A DNA stretch of 64,000 nt, from the NCBI GenBank assembly GCA_032718475.1, contig JAUCBJ010007407.1:17060-81059 (forward strand), read 5' to 3'. Origin of the DNA: Nemertoderma westbladi (Eukaryota; Animalia; Xenacoelomorpha). The notes under the pieces are model-generated. The model had not been told where the DNA came from, did not search any database, and was given only the letters and a program-made list of their open reading frames with translations. The position numbers and the translations under genes were made by a program. This document shows, piece by piece, positions 37,061 through 49,700 of this stretch (position 1 is the stretch's first letter; each line of letters starts with the position of its first letter).

Positions 37061-38829
37061 CGGTAATGGTGAAAAATATCGAGACTTGAAAAATATCGAG
37101 AGTAAAAATAACGAGAGTAAAAATATCGAGAGTAAAAATAACGAGAGTAAAAATAACGAGAGTAAAAATATCGAGAGTAAAAATAACGAGTGGGAAAATT
37201 AACGTGATTAAAAAATATCGAGAGTAAAAATAACACAAGATGAAAAATATCGAAAATAACGAGTGTTGAAAAATATCGAGTGTTGAAAAATATCGAGAGT
37301 AAAAATATCGAGTGTTGAAAAATATCGAGTGTTGAAAAATATCGAGTGTTGAAAAATATCGAGTGTTGAAAAATATCGAGTGTTGAAAAATATCGAGTGT
37401 TGAAAAATATCGAGTGTTGAAAAATATCGAGAGTAAAAATATCAAGAGTAAAAATATCGAGAGTAAAAATAACGAGTGTTGAAAATTAACGTGATTAAAA
37501 AATATCGAGAGTAAAAATAACACGAGATGAAAAATATCGAAAATAACGAGTGTTGAAAAATATCGGTGTTGAAAATATCGAGTGTTGAAAAATATCGAGT
37601 GTTGAAAAATATCGAGAGTAAAAATATCGAGTCTTGAAAAATATCGAGTGTTGAAAAATATCGAGAGTAAAAATATCGAGTGTTGAAAAATATCGAGTGT
37701 TGAAAAATATCGAGAGTAAAAATATCGAGAGTAAAAATATCGAGTGTTGAAAAATATCGAGAGTAAAAATATCGAGTGTTGAAAAATATCGAGAGTAAAA
37801 ATAACGAGTGTTGAAAATATCGAGTGTTGAAAAATATCGAGTGTTGAAAATATCGAGTGTTGAAAATATCGAGTGTTGAAAAATATCGAGTGTTGAAAAA
37901 TATCGAGAGTACAAATATTTCATTTTGCTTGAGCATTTTATTTAGAATTATGGAACAATATTGCAGTGCATGGGTTACAACAGTGCAAGTGCAAGTGAAT
38001 GGCATTATGTAATACACCTTGGGTACCCATTTACCAGATTTATTATACTAGCTAGTTTTTGCTATTTTTTTAATAAATATTATAAAAGAAGTGCTAGCTA
38101 TAAATTTTGATAAATATTCTTAAATATTATATTAGAACACGTATAAGCTACCAAATTTCGATAAATTTTTAGTAAAAACATTATTAGTAAAAAAAATTAT
38201 CATACAACCCTTATTTTAAAAAATTGTTACTATCGATATTTTTACTCTCGATATTTTTCAACATTCTATATTTTTTTCAACACTCGATATTTTTACTCTC
38301 GATATTTTTCAACACTCGATATTTTTCAACACTCGATATTTTTCAACACTCGATATTTTTCAACACTCGATATTTTTCAACACTCGATATTTTTACTCTC
38401 GATATTTTTCAACACTCGATATTTTTACTCTCGATATTTTTCAACACTCGATATTTTTACTCTCGATATTTTTCAACACTCGATATTTTTACTCTCGATA
38501 TTTTTCAACACTCGATATTTTTACTCTCGATATTTTTCAACACTCGATATTTTTACTCTCGATATTATTCAACACTCGATATTTTTACTCTCGATATTTT
38601 TCAACACTCGATATTTTTACTCTCGATATTTTTCAACACTCGATATTTTTACTCTCGATATTTTTCAACACTCGATATTTTTACTCTCGATATTTTTACC
38701 CTCGATATTTTTACTCTCAATATTTTTTGAACTCTCGATATTATCGTTATTTTTCAACACTCGATGTTTTTACTCGCGTTATTTTTACTCTCGATATTTT
38801 TCATGTCTCGATATTTTTCAATATAACCG
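37061..38829. repeat. Foldback-like inverted arrays of 16/18-bp units (AAAAATATCGAGAGT / AAAAATATCGAGTGTTG) around a ~310-bp spacer
   Basis: The left arm 37061-37910 and right arm 38232-38829 are inverted, with ends CGGT...ACCG. No TSD found. Confidence 0.85.
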
Positions 38830-39494
38830 TCTGTATGTACATCTACATCTGATTATACCAGTTGCCGGCGCCGTCGGTCGTACAAATACACAGTCTTGAA
38901 TTAACATATTTAACCGTTAACAAGAGCAGAAACCGTAAACGAAGAAATTCATTTTCTTTTGTCGCTGACACGTGTCAGGAGCGTAGAAATGCGGTATAGT
39001 GCTGTCGTAGTTCAGTACCGTACCGGTAGTTCTGTAGCTGGCAGTTCAGCAGTTGCTACCAGTCCGGTTATACTTCTACAGTCTGACAGTAGTCAGGTAG
39101 TAGGGCGGTACGGCGGGCGGTGCCAACAGACCCTCTAATCTAATTCAGGACCGCAGTCCAACAGTCCGGAGTCCGCACTGCATGGCTAATTAGGGCCTAC
39201 AGAATTAGGCCTGTCCTGTAGTACAAGTATACGTGATCTATAATGACTGAACCGGTACCGCGGTACTAGTCAGCCAGTACCGTAAAACACCGAATACAGT
39301 ATGGCTGTATGGTATTGCAGTATTGCTGTATTGGATGATTACAGGATTCCTGATTCAGGGATTGACATTGAGTATAGTACCGGTTAAGGCAGACAGGCCA
39401 CAATGGCATTACTGTAATTTCCCAGCTGATTTAGTCTCCTAGCAACCTGTTGATGTCAAGCGTAATAATTTTGGATAAATAAATTTATTATAAC

Positions 39495-39800
39495 TGTAAG
39501 ACAGTTACATTGGTGCTGCACGAAGGCCCCAAGCAAATTCAACTTGGAAAATTTCTAAACTTTTGACAGACTATTTGTGTACCAAATTTGGTTACATTTC
39601 ATCGAGGATTGATCGAGTTATTAACGTTCAAAATTTAACACTGCAAAAAAAGCGACAGAACGACAGAACGACAGGTTGATTAATGGTACCCCTACGCTAA
39701 GGCTCACTCACTTCGTGGCTCGCCCCACAGAGCAACAGACACACCGATTGAGTTAGTGGTACCTGTATGCTAAGCTCGCTTACTTTCGTCGCTCGCCCCA
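39495..39800 (+). repeat. HINE/pearl-like non-autonomous repeat (related to 40760-41150)
   Basis: GACAGAAC repeats followed by two copies of the GCT(A)AGGCTC...CTCGCCCCACA motif. Confidence 0.4.
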
Positions 39801-40759
39801 CATGTACATTATATTGGTTGGTCCGATGTTTTAATTAGGCTAACTGAGAATGTATTAGGTATAAATAGTTCGTATTCTTTATTTTATTTATCTAATACAG
39901 AAAGACCCCTTCGCAGAATAAACTGCTCTTTGGGGCCGTTTCCCAGGTTACGGATAGGGATAACATTTCACACATCGCGATCGCAGTAATTGTGATTATG
40001 ATTTATTTGCCTAGGCGAATGTGTATTACATTAAAAGGGAGGAAGTTTTTTGGTTGATATAAATCATTATTGGTTTGCATCTTCCAATCCCATCTGTTTC
40101 TTGGAGTCTGTGTAAGACAAGTTCGTTTAAAGCCATCTTGATGGCGTTCTAGTTGTACATACAGTAAATTATCCTACAGTATAACTACTATGGTGACATT
40201 TGGAATAAAAACATGTATACAAATGGGTACGCGTCCAAAGTACGCGCGGCAAACTGTGGGAAGGCAACCTAACCAGGCTGTTGGACATCAGGCCAAATAT
40301 GGGAATAGGATATCAGGCCGGAAATTATGATTCACATGGTCTGCCAGAGTGGGCGACAGATCCACCAGCATTCTATGGGATTCAAATGGGAGCACCACCA
40401 CAGATAGTGTGTAATCGGGTCATACACGCAGAAGTCATGGCACAAACCAGGCTCACAGCATTAAACCCAAACGCCAATGTATACGAATGTTATCCCAGAA
40501 CTATGGAGAGCAGACATACCAGAGCAGTGCTTATTTGTACAGGATGGGACCAGTTCAACACGGCAGAGTATAACATGGCACAAAAAGAGCAACAATATAA
40601 CCAGCAAATAGCCCTTATAGTGACGGGAAGTGGCAGCAACAATCATATGTTAATCCGCTAGGTGGTGTCAAATTGTCATTCTGCAATTTCGTACTTACCA
40701 GTGCAGCACTGTACAGCAGTACCGTACCGGTAGGCCTATGTCATTACTTCTGAGTCTCT

Positions 40760-41037
40760 AGCGGATCCCCAATTAAATGTCTTAACTTTTCAATTTCGTA
40801 AAATATAGATTTCATGATTCTCTACAGGCCACCAAAATTTCAGCTCAGGAAAATGAGGCCTTCCCGAGAAATTTAACATTTTCTAAAAACCACATAATCT
40901 GTCGTAGCTGACGTCAGACTGCATGATTTTTCACCAAACTTTACAAACTTTCTAAACTTTCTCTCTACTACTTACCTACTAAGTTTGGTTCAATTCCGAA
41001 CCAGCGATGCAGAGAAATTCGCGTTCAAACATTTACC

Positions 41038-41085
<48 letters not shown>

Positions 41086-41150
41086 GGACATGCCCCATTT
41101 GCCCTATATGAACCGTATGCCAAGGCTCGCCGACTACGTGTCTCGCCCCA
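40760..41150 (+). repeat. HINE/pearl-like (Helentron-associated) repeat with ACAG microsatellite
   Basis: (ACAG)n at ~41039-41089 followed by GCCAAGGCTCGCC...CTCGCCCCACA; boundaries approximate. Confidence 0.5.
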
Positions 41151-41802
41151 CATAGCATGATTAACTGCGAGGCATACAGATCGTTCAAGGTTGTGCTTGC
41201 TAAATAGATATGTTACGCAATCAAATTTGCTTGTTAGAGAAGAAAGGGAGACTAAAGTGACTCAACTGGTTGCTACTCTCAAGCTGTTTTATTTGATTTC
41301 CGCCCTAAACATATTAATTTTAAAATTAATATTTAACTTAAAACGGCGATACTACATTATTATTAATAGTAATAAAAATGCGCTATTAGTCCCCTACAAT
41401 TTCATTTTAGAGATATTTTAATTGGTTAATTATTATATTAATTCTTTAAATATTTTCAACTTTTTCTTTTACAAAAATTAAGTAACATTTTTTTGTCCGA
41501 ATTTTCAATCCGCAGTTTATAAGTTTATTTTTGAGTAAGTTCGGATAAGAAAGGGGAGAACATATGTGTGGACCGGTACTCCTCTATGTGGCAGTTGGCG
41601 ATATAAACTTGTAAATACAAATGCGGACTAAATCATACCCTTATATTATAAAATATATACATTGGTAAGTTACGCCTTCCATGTGTGTAGGTTTCCAGAA
41701 CAGAATATGACTTCGTTTTTGCTTCTCCAGCAGTAACCACTGAATGTAATTTTAATTTTTTAATACCTTTATGGTAATATTTACACCATAACCCTTAATT
41801 AA

Positions 41803-42068
41803 CCCTATTAAACCCGGGGGGGGGGGGGTCAATATGACCCCCCCCCCCGTGGTTTTTTTATAATAATTCTGAAAAAAACGCAGTTGGGAATCTGAAATTT
41901 TATGACCTTTCCTAAAAATCTATTGTCTTCCTAGTAGTGAAAACCGTTTTCAAAAATATTTGGTAGTTTTCGAGTTAATGCACCATTTTTTAACCCTACT
42001 TTTGGCACTTTTTTGAGAGGTTTTTTGAAAATTACATTTCATTAAATATTAATTGTAACATCTCTATT
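41803..42068. mobile_element. Truncated piggyBac-type MITE, inverted copy of the right end of 60866-62453
   Basis: TTAA|CCCTATTAAACCCGGG; about 265 bp match the reverse complement of ~62185-62453. Confidence 0.85.
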
Positions 42069-42430
42069 GGCTCATTCCATGAAAAGGTCAACCTCCCCAC
42101 TAATTTCGAAAAATGAGATGTAGCTTTGAATTTATACTTATTTTAGGTCAAAATTTATCGTACTTCATGAATTCAGTGCTAAAAATTGTATCAACGCAGG
42201 TGGTTTCTCAATAATAGTCGAATTACAAATTATGCACCTGCTCTGCACAAAATGTGAATAAAAGTGTGCAAAAGTTTCGTTTCCTGTAGGCACTTCCTAT
42301 GACCAATAAATTAACATTTCTGAGCATGTACCAAATCAAAAACAAACCCATTTTCGAATTTTTTTGGTTTCCTTTAATTTCACCAGTGTTTCAATCCTCT
42401 ATAATGAAATCGATAAAGTTAATCATGTGA
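42069..42430. mobile_element. DNA-transposon-like end GGCTCATTCCATG (inverted copy of the motif at ~36703-36715)
   Basis: Begins where MITE homology stops; the 13-bp motif recurs. Confidence 0.35.
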
Positions 42431-43648
42431 TGTTCGCGCTTTTGAAGACCTTTAGCAGTTTAACCTGCCAAAATTTATATGTCTTCTAGTTAATTAAAAC
42501 CACTTTAGCATACGACAATATTTTATGCTAATACGCAAAACATTAACCGAAGTCAGCCCATGCGCGATCATTCACCCGATGGATCTACACCCGGGAGACT
42601 GAATTCGGATCCTTGAATTGTATTATTACAGTGTAAGGTTGCAGTGTAAACTTACTGTATTATTCGATAGATCGTTAATAATTAATCTCTGACAGATATT
42701 ATTGGCTTTCGGGAAATATTAACAGTTCCTTTAGGACGTGGCGCTTTATCTATTTAAACAGAACTAAGACTTATACTAAAACGCAACGATACTGCTTATG
42801 ATTAAAGTATAAAGCGTATTCTTTAGGAAATACTTTGTTACCAATCTCAATCATACACACTATTCTGCCGACAGTCAGTATATTTGATCACACATAAAGA
42901 GAGCAGTAATTGACTCACGTAGGGTCTGCTAAATAACATTGGATTCAATACACACCACATTAATATAAATCGCAATTGTTATGTATAGCCGGTCTCTCTA
43001 ACCTGTAGTGTTATCAAGAAAATTGGGAATTGGGTGATTTATCCGTATTATCCAAATAGCAATATTTCCATCAACAAAATAAGTACAATTAATAACTGAC
43101 GGTAAAATAACAGTACAAACAATATGATTAGTTAAATTGATCGGTAGTTAGGTAACAGTTTATACTTTCGATAATTCAAGCAGTTTACGGTACAGCAGTA
43201 TCTATCCAAAATGCCGGTGTTTCTGGCTTAGACAGCAATAACAACAAAGTATCAAGTAAGGCAGTAAGACTGAACACTCTCCTTATGATCGACTAAAAGC
43301 TACACGTCGACAGGAAAAATCGCTCTGATTGGCTCAAGCCAAACAAAGAACCGTGCGTCCAATGGCTGTTTCCATGTCAGCAACCAGCTGTTAGATGTCG
43401 TAATATGAATTATCACGGCTAAACTGTGAAAGGTAGTTGGTGCATGGCAGGTTTTTTGCCTTACCATGTCCACTAAAACACGTATATAGCAGAATTACTC
43501 TTATGTCCGTTAAAACACCTGTAAAGGTACCTTGCGGGCGAGGGGAATATATCTACAGTTAGAAAACCTTTTAGAGTATTCCAGCGCCTGTGGGGAAACT
43601 GGATTGCGAAGCAAAAGGGGCCAGTTATATCCCACAGAAGCTTTTACA
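42431..43648 (-). repeat. 3' LTR of element D
   Basis: Direct repeat of 53234-54451; PPT at 43649-43666. Confidence 0.95.
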
Positions 43649-43726
43649 CCGCTCCCAGAAAATGGGATTTAAGTCTATAAAATATACAAAATCACAGTTT
43701 CTAAAATATAAAAATACTCTAAACAG

Positions 43727-45174
43727 TTAGTCTTTCTTGCGCGGACGGCGTTTACGCAGTTTTTTAAAGCTAGCAAGAGTCCTTTTCTCTTTGGGGCGAG
43801 CCACTTTACTAGGAGGGCTATAACTCCTGGGTGAAGGGTGCAATATGATTGCATCAGAAGGTATGGGATTGCGATCGGTATATCCGCCGGTCGAAGTACC
43901 GGGTTGATTGACATCAACGTCCGGGGAGAGGGGTCTAACGGCTTTGAGAGCTCGTTTCAAGACAGCCGCTCTTACGGGTCCTTTACGAGTGGTCTGAACG
44001 AGGGCCGTGGGTGGACCATAGGCAGTTAGAAACTTCCTTGGTTTAATGGTTCTTTCCAACTCGCGTTCGCGGGCTCTGTACTCGTAAGGCCGTCGATATA
44101 CTTCCTGTAACTCAGGGTGTGAGTTGACAAATAAGTCTCCATAGGCCGGATCTTAACGGATAAAGTTTATTAAGTTATACGAATTGATGTCACTCGGATT
44201 AATGCTCCTGAGGAATTTGCGTACATATTTGGTTGAAATACATTCTCCAACGCACTTCAATAGTTCATAACTTGATATGCATGATTTCTGTTCAACCGAA
44301 GCGAATAGATAAGGATGTAACGCATAAACTCCTTCGTAAGCGCGTCCGGGATAATAGCGATGGCGCGAATCACAATATAAATCAGTGTTCGCTTCCCAAG
44401 CTCTGATGTAACGTAGTGTGATCATTTCATCTACGCTTTCCAAATCGTGATTAAAAGGGCAATCGAAACTGGCATGTCCCTTTAGTTGACAATGGTGACA
44501 TTGAGTCATAAATTGAGGGCAAACCGCAAAATGTGCAAATTATTAAATCTGCAATACGCGCAATAAATTTCCATCGCCGGTTGTTCGTGGAAATAAGAAC
44601 AGCGGACGTTTGTGTCCATGGGCGTAACATGGTCTCTCGATGCGCATAATCGACAACGTTGCCGAGAAACATAGTTGGCATGGCGATAATCGTACGCAGT
44701 GAGACACTGTGGACTTTGATACCATTCTAGGATGTAATCGTTGTCGCTGTTCCGAGCGCGATAGGCTGAATCTCCTCAGATTCTAGACATATTGGTTCGT
44801 CTTCCCAGTCTGTTACGAATGGAATTTTCGTGATCTATTCTCGGTTTATCGTTACGACGCCGCTGGGTATGATATTTAAATAGAACCATTTCCCTTTCGG
44901 TGTCTACATCGTCCGTATAATGTAAATCGATAGGATGGCCAGTAGTTAAGAAGTCCATATACGTACCATTACGATTCGTATAGCGAGCGGTGAATTTTCT
45001 ATAGTCCAATTCACGCGTAAGTTGTTCCTGGGACATCGGCGGTTCGATATAACGACCATCGTCCTTCGTAATAGTCGGATCGGCTTCACCGCGTATCAAG
45101 CTATCCACAAACGCTTGTAAAGGTAGAGTATATCGCTCCCTGATACCAAGGTCCTCTTCTATCAATTCCGTCAT
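43727..45174 (-). pseudogene. 3' accessory ORF of element D (disrupted), with CCHC knuckle and basic tail
   Basis: LIICTFCG and FMTQCHHCQLKGHASFDC align with the C accessory protein; the N- and C-termini match A. Confidence 0.75.
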
Positions 45175-46779
45175 ATCTGTTATCTGAGTTTATTAATATC
45201 AATATAAGTTAATATTTTAGGCAAACGGGCGTCGCTGCCTACTAGGCTTTTGCCCCCGGACAGTGGGTTTCTCAGCGCCGATATACCGCTGTCGCAGTGT
45301 TTGCGCCAACATGTAGCAACAGCACGACAACGATAATCGACACAAGTCCCACCACTGTCCGTCCCAAAGGCTTGATTCCACTTGAGGTTATCTCGGTAGA
45401 GTTAGGGCTACTTTACAATTGCGATTAGCTACTGTAAACACACTTTAGTAGTAACATTCACCTATAAACGCACAAATTCCATACAATCATTACTTATTGC
45501 ACACATGCATGCCATTTGTCCGTTAGTCAGTGTCTTCCAGAATGTCACGTTATTACTATGTATCCTTGGATACTAATAGTGCGCTATGTATACTCTTATG
45601 CTACGCAATGGGGCAAGCTTTTATTGGTCCTTTAACTTGTTTCTAATTCTAGCGTGGGTGTTGCCATGGTGACATTATGGAAAACTAGCGGTAGAATTAG
45701 GGCAATCCTCAGGCATACAGATCTGGGATGTTATTTAATAGTAATTCTTTAATTGTCAATATCCTCTTTATGCATGATTTTATAAATTTTATCGGCTATT
45801 GACTATATGTTGGAGATTCTCACACTCTAGTACACTCAATATGAATCTCCGCTCCCATGATCTATTAATTACTGGAATTTTGGGAATGTTATAAATTGTA
45901 CAAAATGACAATTTATGAAATTCATTTGAATATGAATTTAAATTTATTCCCGTGAATTTTATTATTTGATGTTAAATTGACATAAATTTTATTCCAGAGC
46001 ATATCTGGGGACTTAGGATCCTTAATTCTATAAAATAGTCCTTCTAAGAATATCGGTAAATACTGCGATATCTTAATTGACTAGAAATTTTAAAGGATCG
46101 GGATTTTACAGATTTTAATAAATATTAAATTAATATTTAGGATGGGCACCGATTTATTCCAGAACTTGTCTGGGGACGTTAACCACTGATTCTAGAATTT
46201 GTCTTTCAAGTATATCGGTGGGTGCCGCGATATCTTAATCGACTAGAATTACAGATGGTCAAAAGGTTTAACAGCTTTATTTGCGTTTTACGCTACTGTT
46301 AGAGGGACATCACGCTACTATATGTATTATTTGTTATAAGGTAGAAGAGCAATATCGCACGAAGCAATGTCAGTGTGAAGAGGCAAGTCGTTTCCAAGGT
46401 CTACCCAGAGCTTGGTTTAGCCGAGACACGAGGATCTGAACTTTGCATTCCTAATACTCTGCCTACCAATAATACTTAAATATAGTAGTGGCTTTATTGT
46501 ACTTTAAGAAGTACTGACATGTCATCTTACTATAGTCTCGCATTTATAATATAATACGGACAGTAAGGAAAGAGAAAAATAATTATTTCTTGCCGTCGCA
46601 CTAAATATATTATAAGTAATTAAGTACGTAATAAACACTAATATATTGCACTAATTTACTAAATAATCGCTAAAATAACATTCTACTAAATAAAATTAAA
46701 GAAAACGATTATAATAAAATTACATATAAAATAAAAACAAATATAAAATGATATAGTCACACACCCACTCCATATGTTA

Positions 46780-49700
46780 TTATGTTATGGAGTCCCTAGA
46801 TATTTGTCGGATTAGGGAAGTGGTCGTAGGAAGAGTATCTTGCCTTCCATAGTTTCCGGACAGTTTTTGGTCTCTTTCCAGTAAACATAAACGACCAGCT
46901 GGGTGATTGGGTTGTCGTGTTACTTTCTCCGCTCCCTTGGCCTGTCTACTCTCCGCCGTGGTAAGATGAGGAGGCCATTCATCTTCTTCTTTACTTAGGG
47001 AGTCGGGTCCACCTAACCAGCCGGGAGTATCTATCCGTTCTTGAGGAGTCGCTCCTCTGGAAGCGATGTCGGCTAGATTAATCATCTCGGGGCGATGTCT
47101 CCATTGATCTTCATTGGAGTTAATATCGTCATTATCTGAGGAGTATGGTGTTCCCTCAGTTAGTTCGTCCACTTCACTGCTCTCCACTTCCAAACCATTT
47201 ATCTGGTATAGTCTTTCTGATGGTAGTCTCTCTTCGAGAGTTCTGCGGGAAGGACCAGTAAAGTACCAACCTACTCTAGTTCTTACCGCATAGGTTTGTA
47301 GTGGCTGCGGTTGAGCAGGTCGTTTTTCCAATGTCTCGAGCGCCTCGTGCGCGTTTTGGCCGATAAGTATTTGCACTCCAGGATAATCTGTCTGGAATCG
47401 AGGTATCTTAAGATGTTGGATGCTCTCATCCTCGTCCCAATTATAAAGGTCTGCTTGGGTAGTAGCGAAGTTCTTTATAGCCACCATTTTTACTGACCTT
47501 ATACTTTGTGCTCCTAATTTATCCTGGGGGGTGGACAACGCACCTACATAGTAATCTGCCGTTATGGTAGATTTCCAAACCTGCATAATTCCGGACATAT
47601 TCAACTTAGTTTGGAATTTGGGTTGTCCAGCAAAGATATCTTCGGCTAGTTCTTGATCGATGAATGTTCCTGTGCTGCCGGAGTCAAGGAGTGCGTTCAC
47701 TATGTAACTTTTGTTGGGACCGTGAACTCTTACCTGCACTACAGGAAATTCTCTGATTCCTACATTGGAAGTTGGAGTTTTCCAAGATGGTGGTTTGTCA
47801 AAAGTAGTTGGGGGAAACTCATTGGTGGTGTCTTTTTCGTAAGTAAGTGCTCGATACACTGCGGTATTTATTAGGTAACAGGATTCGTTGGCATCGGAGA
47901 ATTCGTCCGTATAGAATCCTTCCCACTCAGAACTTTGGTCAGTGTCGTTCACATCACTGAATTGGACATGTGATTTGGGCTCACTTACCTGACTCGGGCT
48001 GTTTCGTTCGAATTCCGTGTGTAACAAGCTATGATGTTTCGCGCCGCACTTAGCACACCTTGCGTCAGAGTAACAGGTTCGCCGCTGGTGTCCGCGTCTG
48101 AGACAGTTATAACATAACCGCTTATCCCACAGGACTCCACGTCTATCTGCCATGGATTTCTTTAGGAATTCTGCACACGCACTCAAACGGTGGGGCCCGT
48201 CGCACAGCGCACATTTTGGTTTGATGTTACTCACCTTAACTTGGTTAACGTTCTGCACTCTCGTTCTTTCTTCGGGCTTTCTTCCGTGAATTCTCTTAGG
48301 AGACATAGGAGGAGTTGTTGTTACCTGTTCTCTCCTGTCACTGGTTCGAGACTTGTATTTACTTACGTCTTTATAGGTCTTGTTGTCATAGTAAGATTTT
48401 GCTGTGTCTTTCCCGCTGTCCTCTTCTTGAGAAGCTTGGCTTTCGCCGTCGTCAGTATAACACACTGGTATTATCCTTCTCCTAGAAACGGGTTTCTCAC
48501 TTACCTTATTTTCCGATGTTTTCTCTCTGGACTGCCTTATGAGTTGTAATTTTACTTCACTATCTAAGAAGGACATGAGATCAGCCATGGTAGGGCTTCG
48601 GCGTTGTTGTTCATTCATGTACAACACTTTCTTGTCCCAGCGCGTACATACTCCACCCTTTGGTAAAGTAGAGACTACGGCTCCAATGACCATGGAACTC
48701 TGATATTCATGCGACTTACCTAACCAGTCCAGTTGTCTACAGATCTCTTGAATTTCATCTGAAAACTCTATAATCCCGCTACTAAGGAAGTGTCTGGGGG
48801 CTACTAATTTTGCATACAAATACTTAGCTATGTTATCCTTGTTACCATACCTGATGTTTAATGTATCCCAAACTTGTCTTAATCCATCTGGATGTCCAAT
48901 AAACTTTAACGCCATTAACTTGGGAGGTCCTTCCAAGCACTTGATGAGGAATCTAAGTTTCTCTCCGTTAGATAGTACAGAGTTCTGTATGCTATCTTTG
49001 TAATATTCGTTGAAAGGTAACCATTTCATCTCATCTCCATTGAATTTGACGATCTCTCCCACTTTGACCGCTTGGCGGGCTTCTGTTCTAGCCATCTGAC
49101 GCGTAAAGCTTTCTTGGGCCATCGTGTTATTTAATATCGAATTATCGGTATATAAATTTATCGGATCATTATCAGGTCTATAGGGAATATCATTAATAAC
49201 AGGTCTATAATCACCCTTAATAGGGTTTGCTATAGGAGTTTCAACTTCACTAGCACTATAGATGCGTGTAGGCTCCACACCTTGCGCATGTAATACTTCA
49301 GACCTAACAGGTTGACACAATGTTACAGGGGGTATTGGTATGCCCTTTTGTATATTGACTAATTTATCGCGTTCTAGTGCGATACTTTGCTGCACTTCTT
49401 GCAACTCTGCTCTACCTTCCCTCACTGTTCCCTTAAGTTGGTGGACAGTCTCCTGCATCTGTCCTAGCAGAAGATTCATCCCCCGCCGTCCCTCTTCCAC
49501 CCACTCAACCGCCGAAGCGGGAGTCGCCAACATAGTAGCGGGCTGACGCGGGACGACGGGAGACAAATTATTGATTTCTCTCTCTGCTATCTGGACAGGG
49601 GTATTTGCATGGACTGTTCCACCGGGTACAGGCAGTGTAGTACTATGTAAAGGGAATTTAGAGTTAAGCTCTGGAAGTACAGGGGTCTCTAACACAGAAG

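Noticed and set aside
36966-38730. Several ORFs (STLDIF/NTRYF repeats) and a CRISPR-like look
   Set aside because: These are translations of a stop-free satellite; there are no unique spacers and no cas genes.
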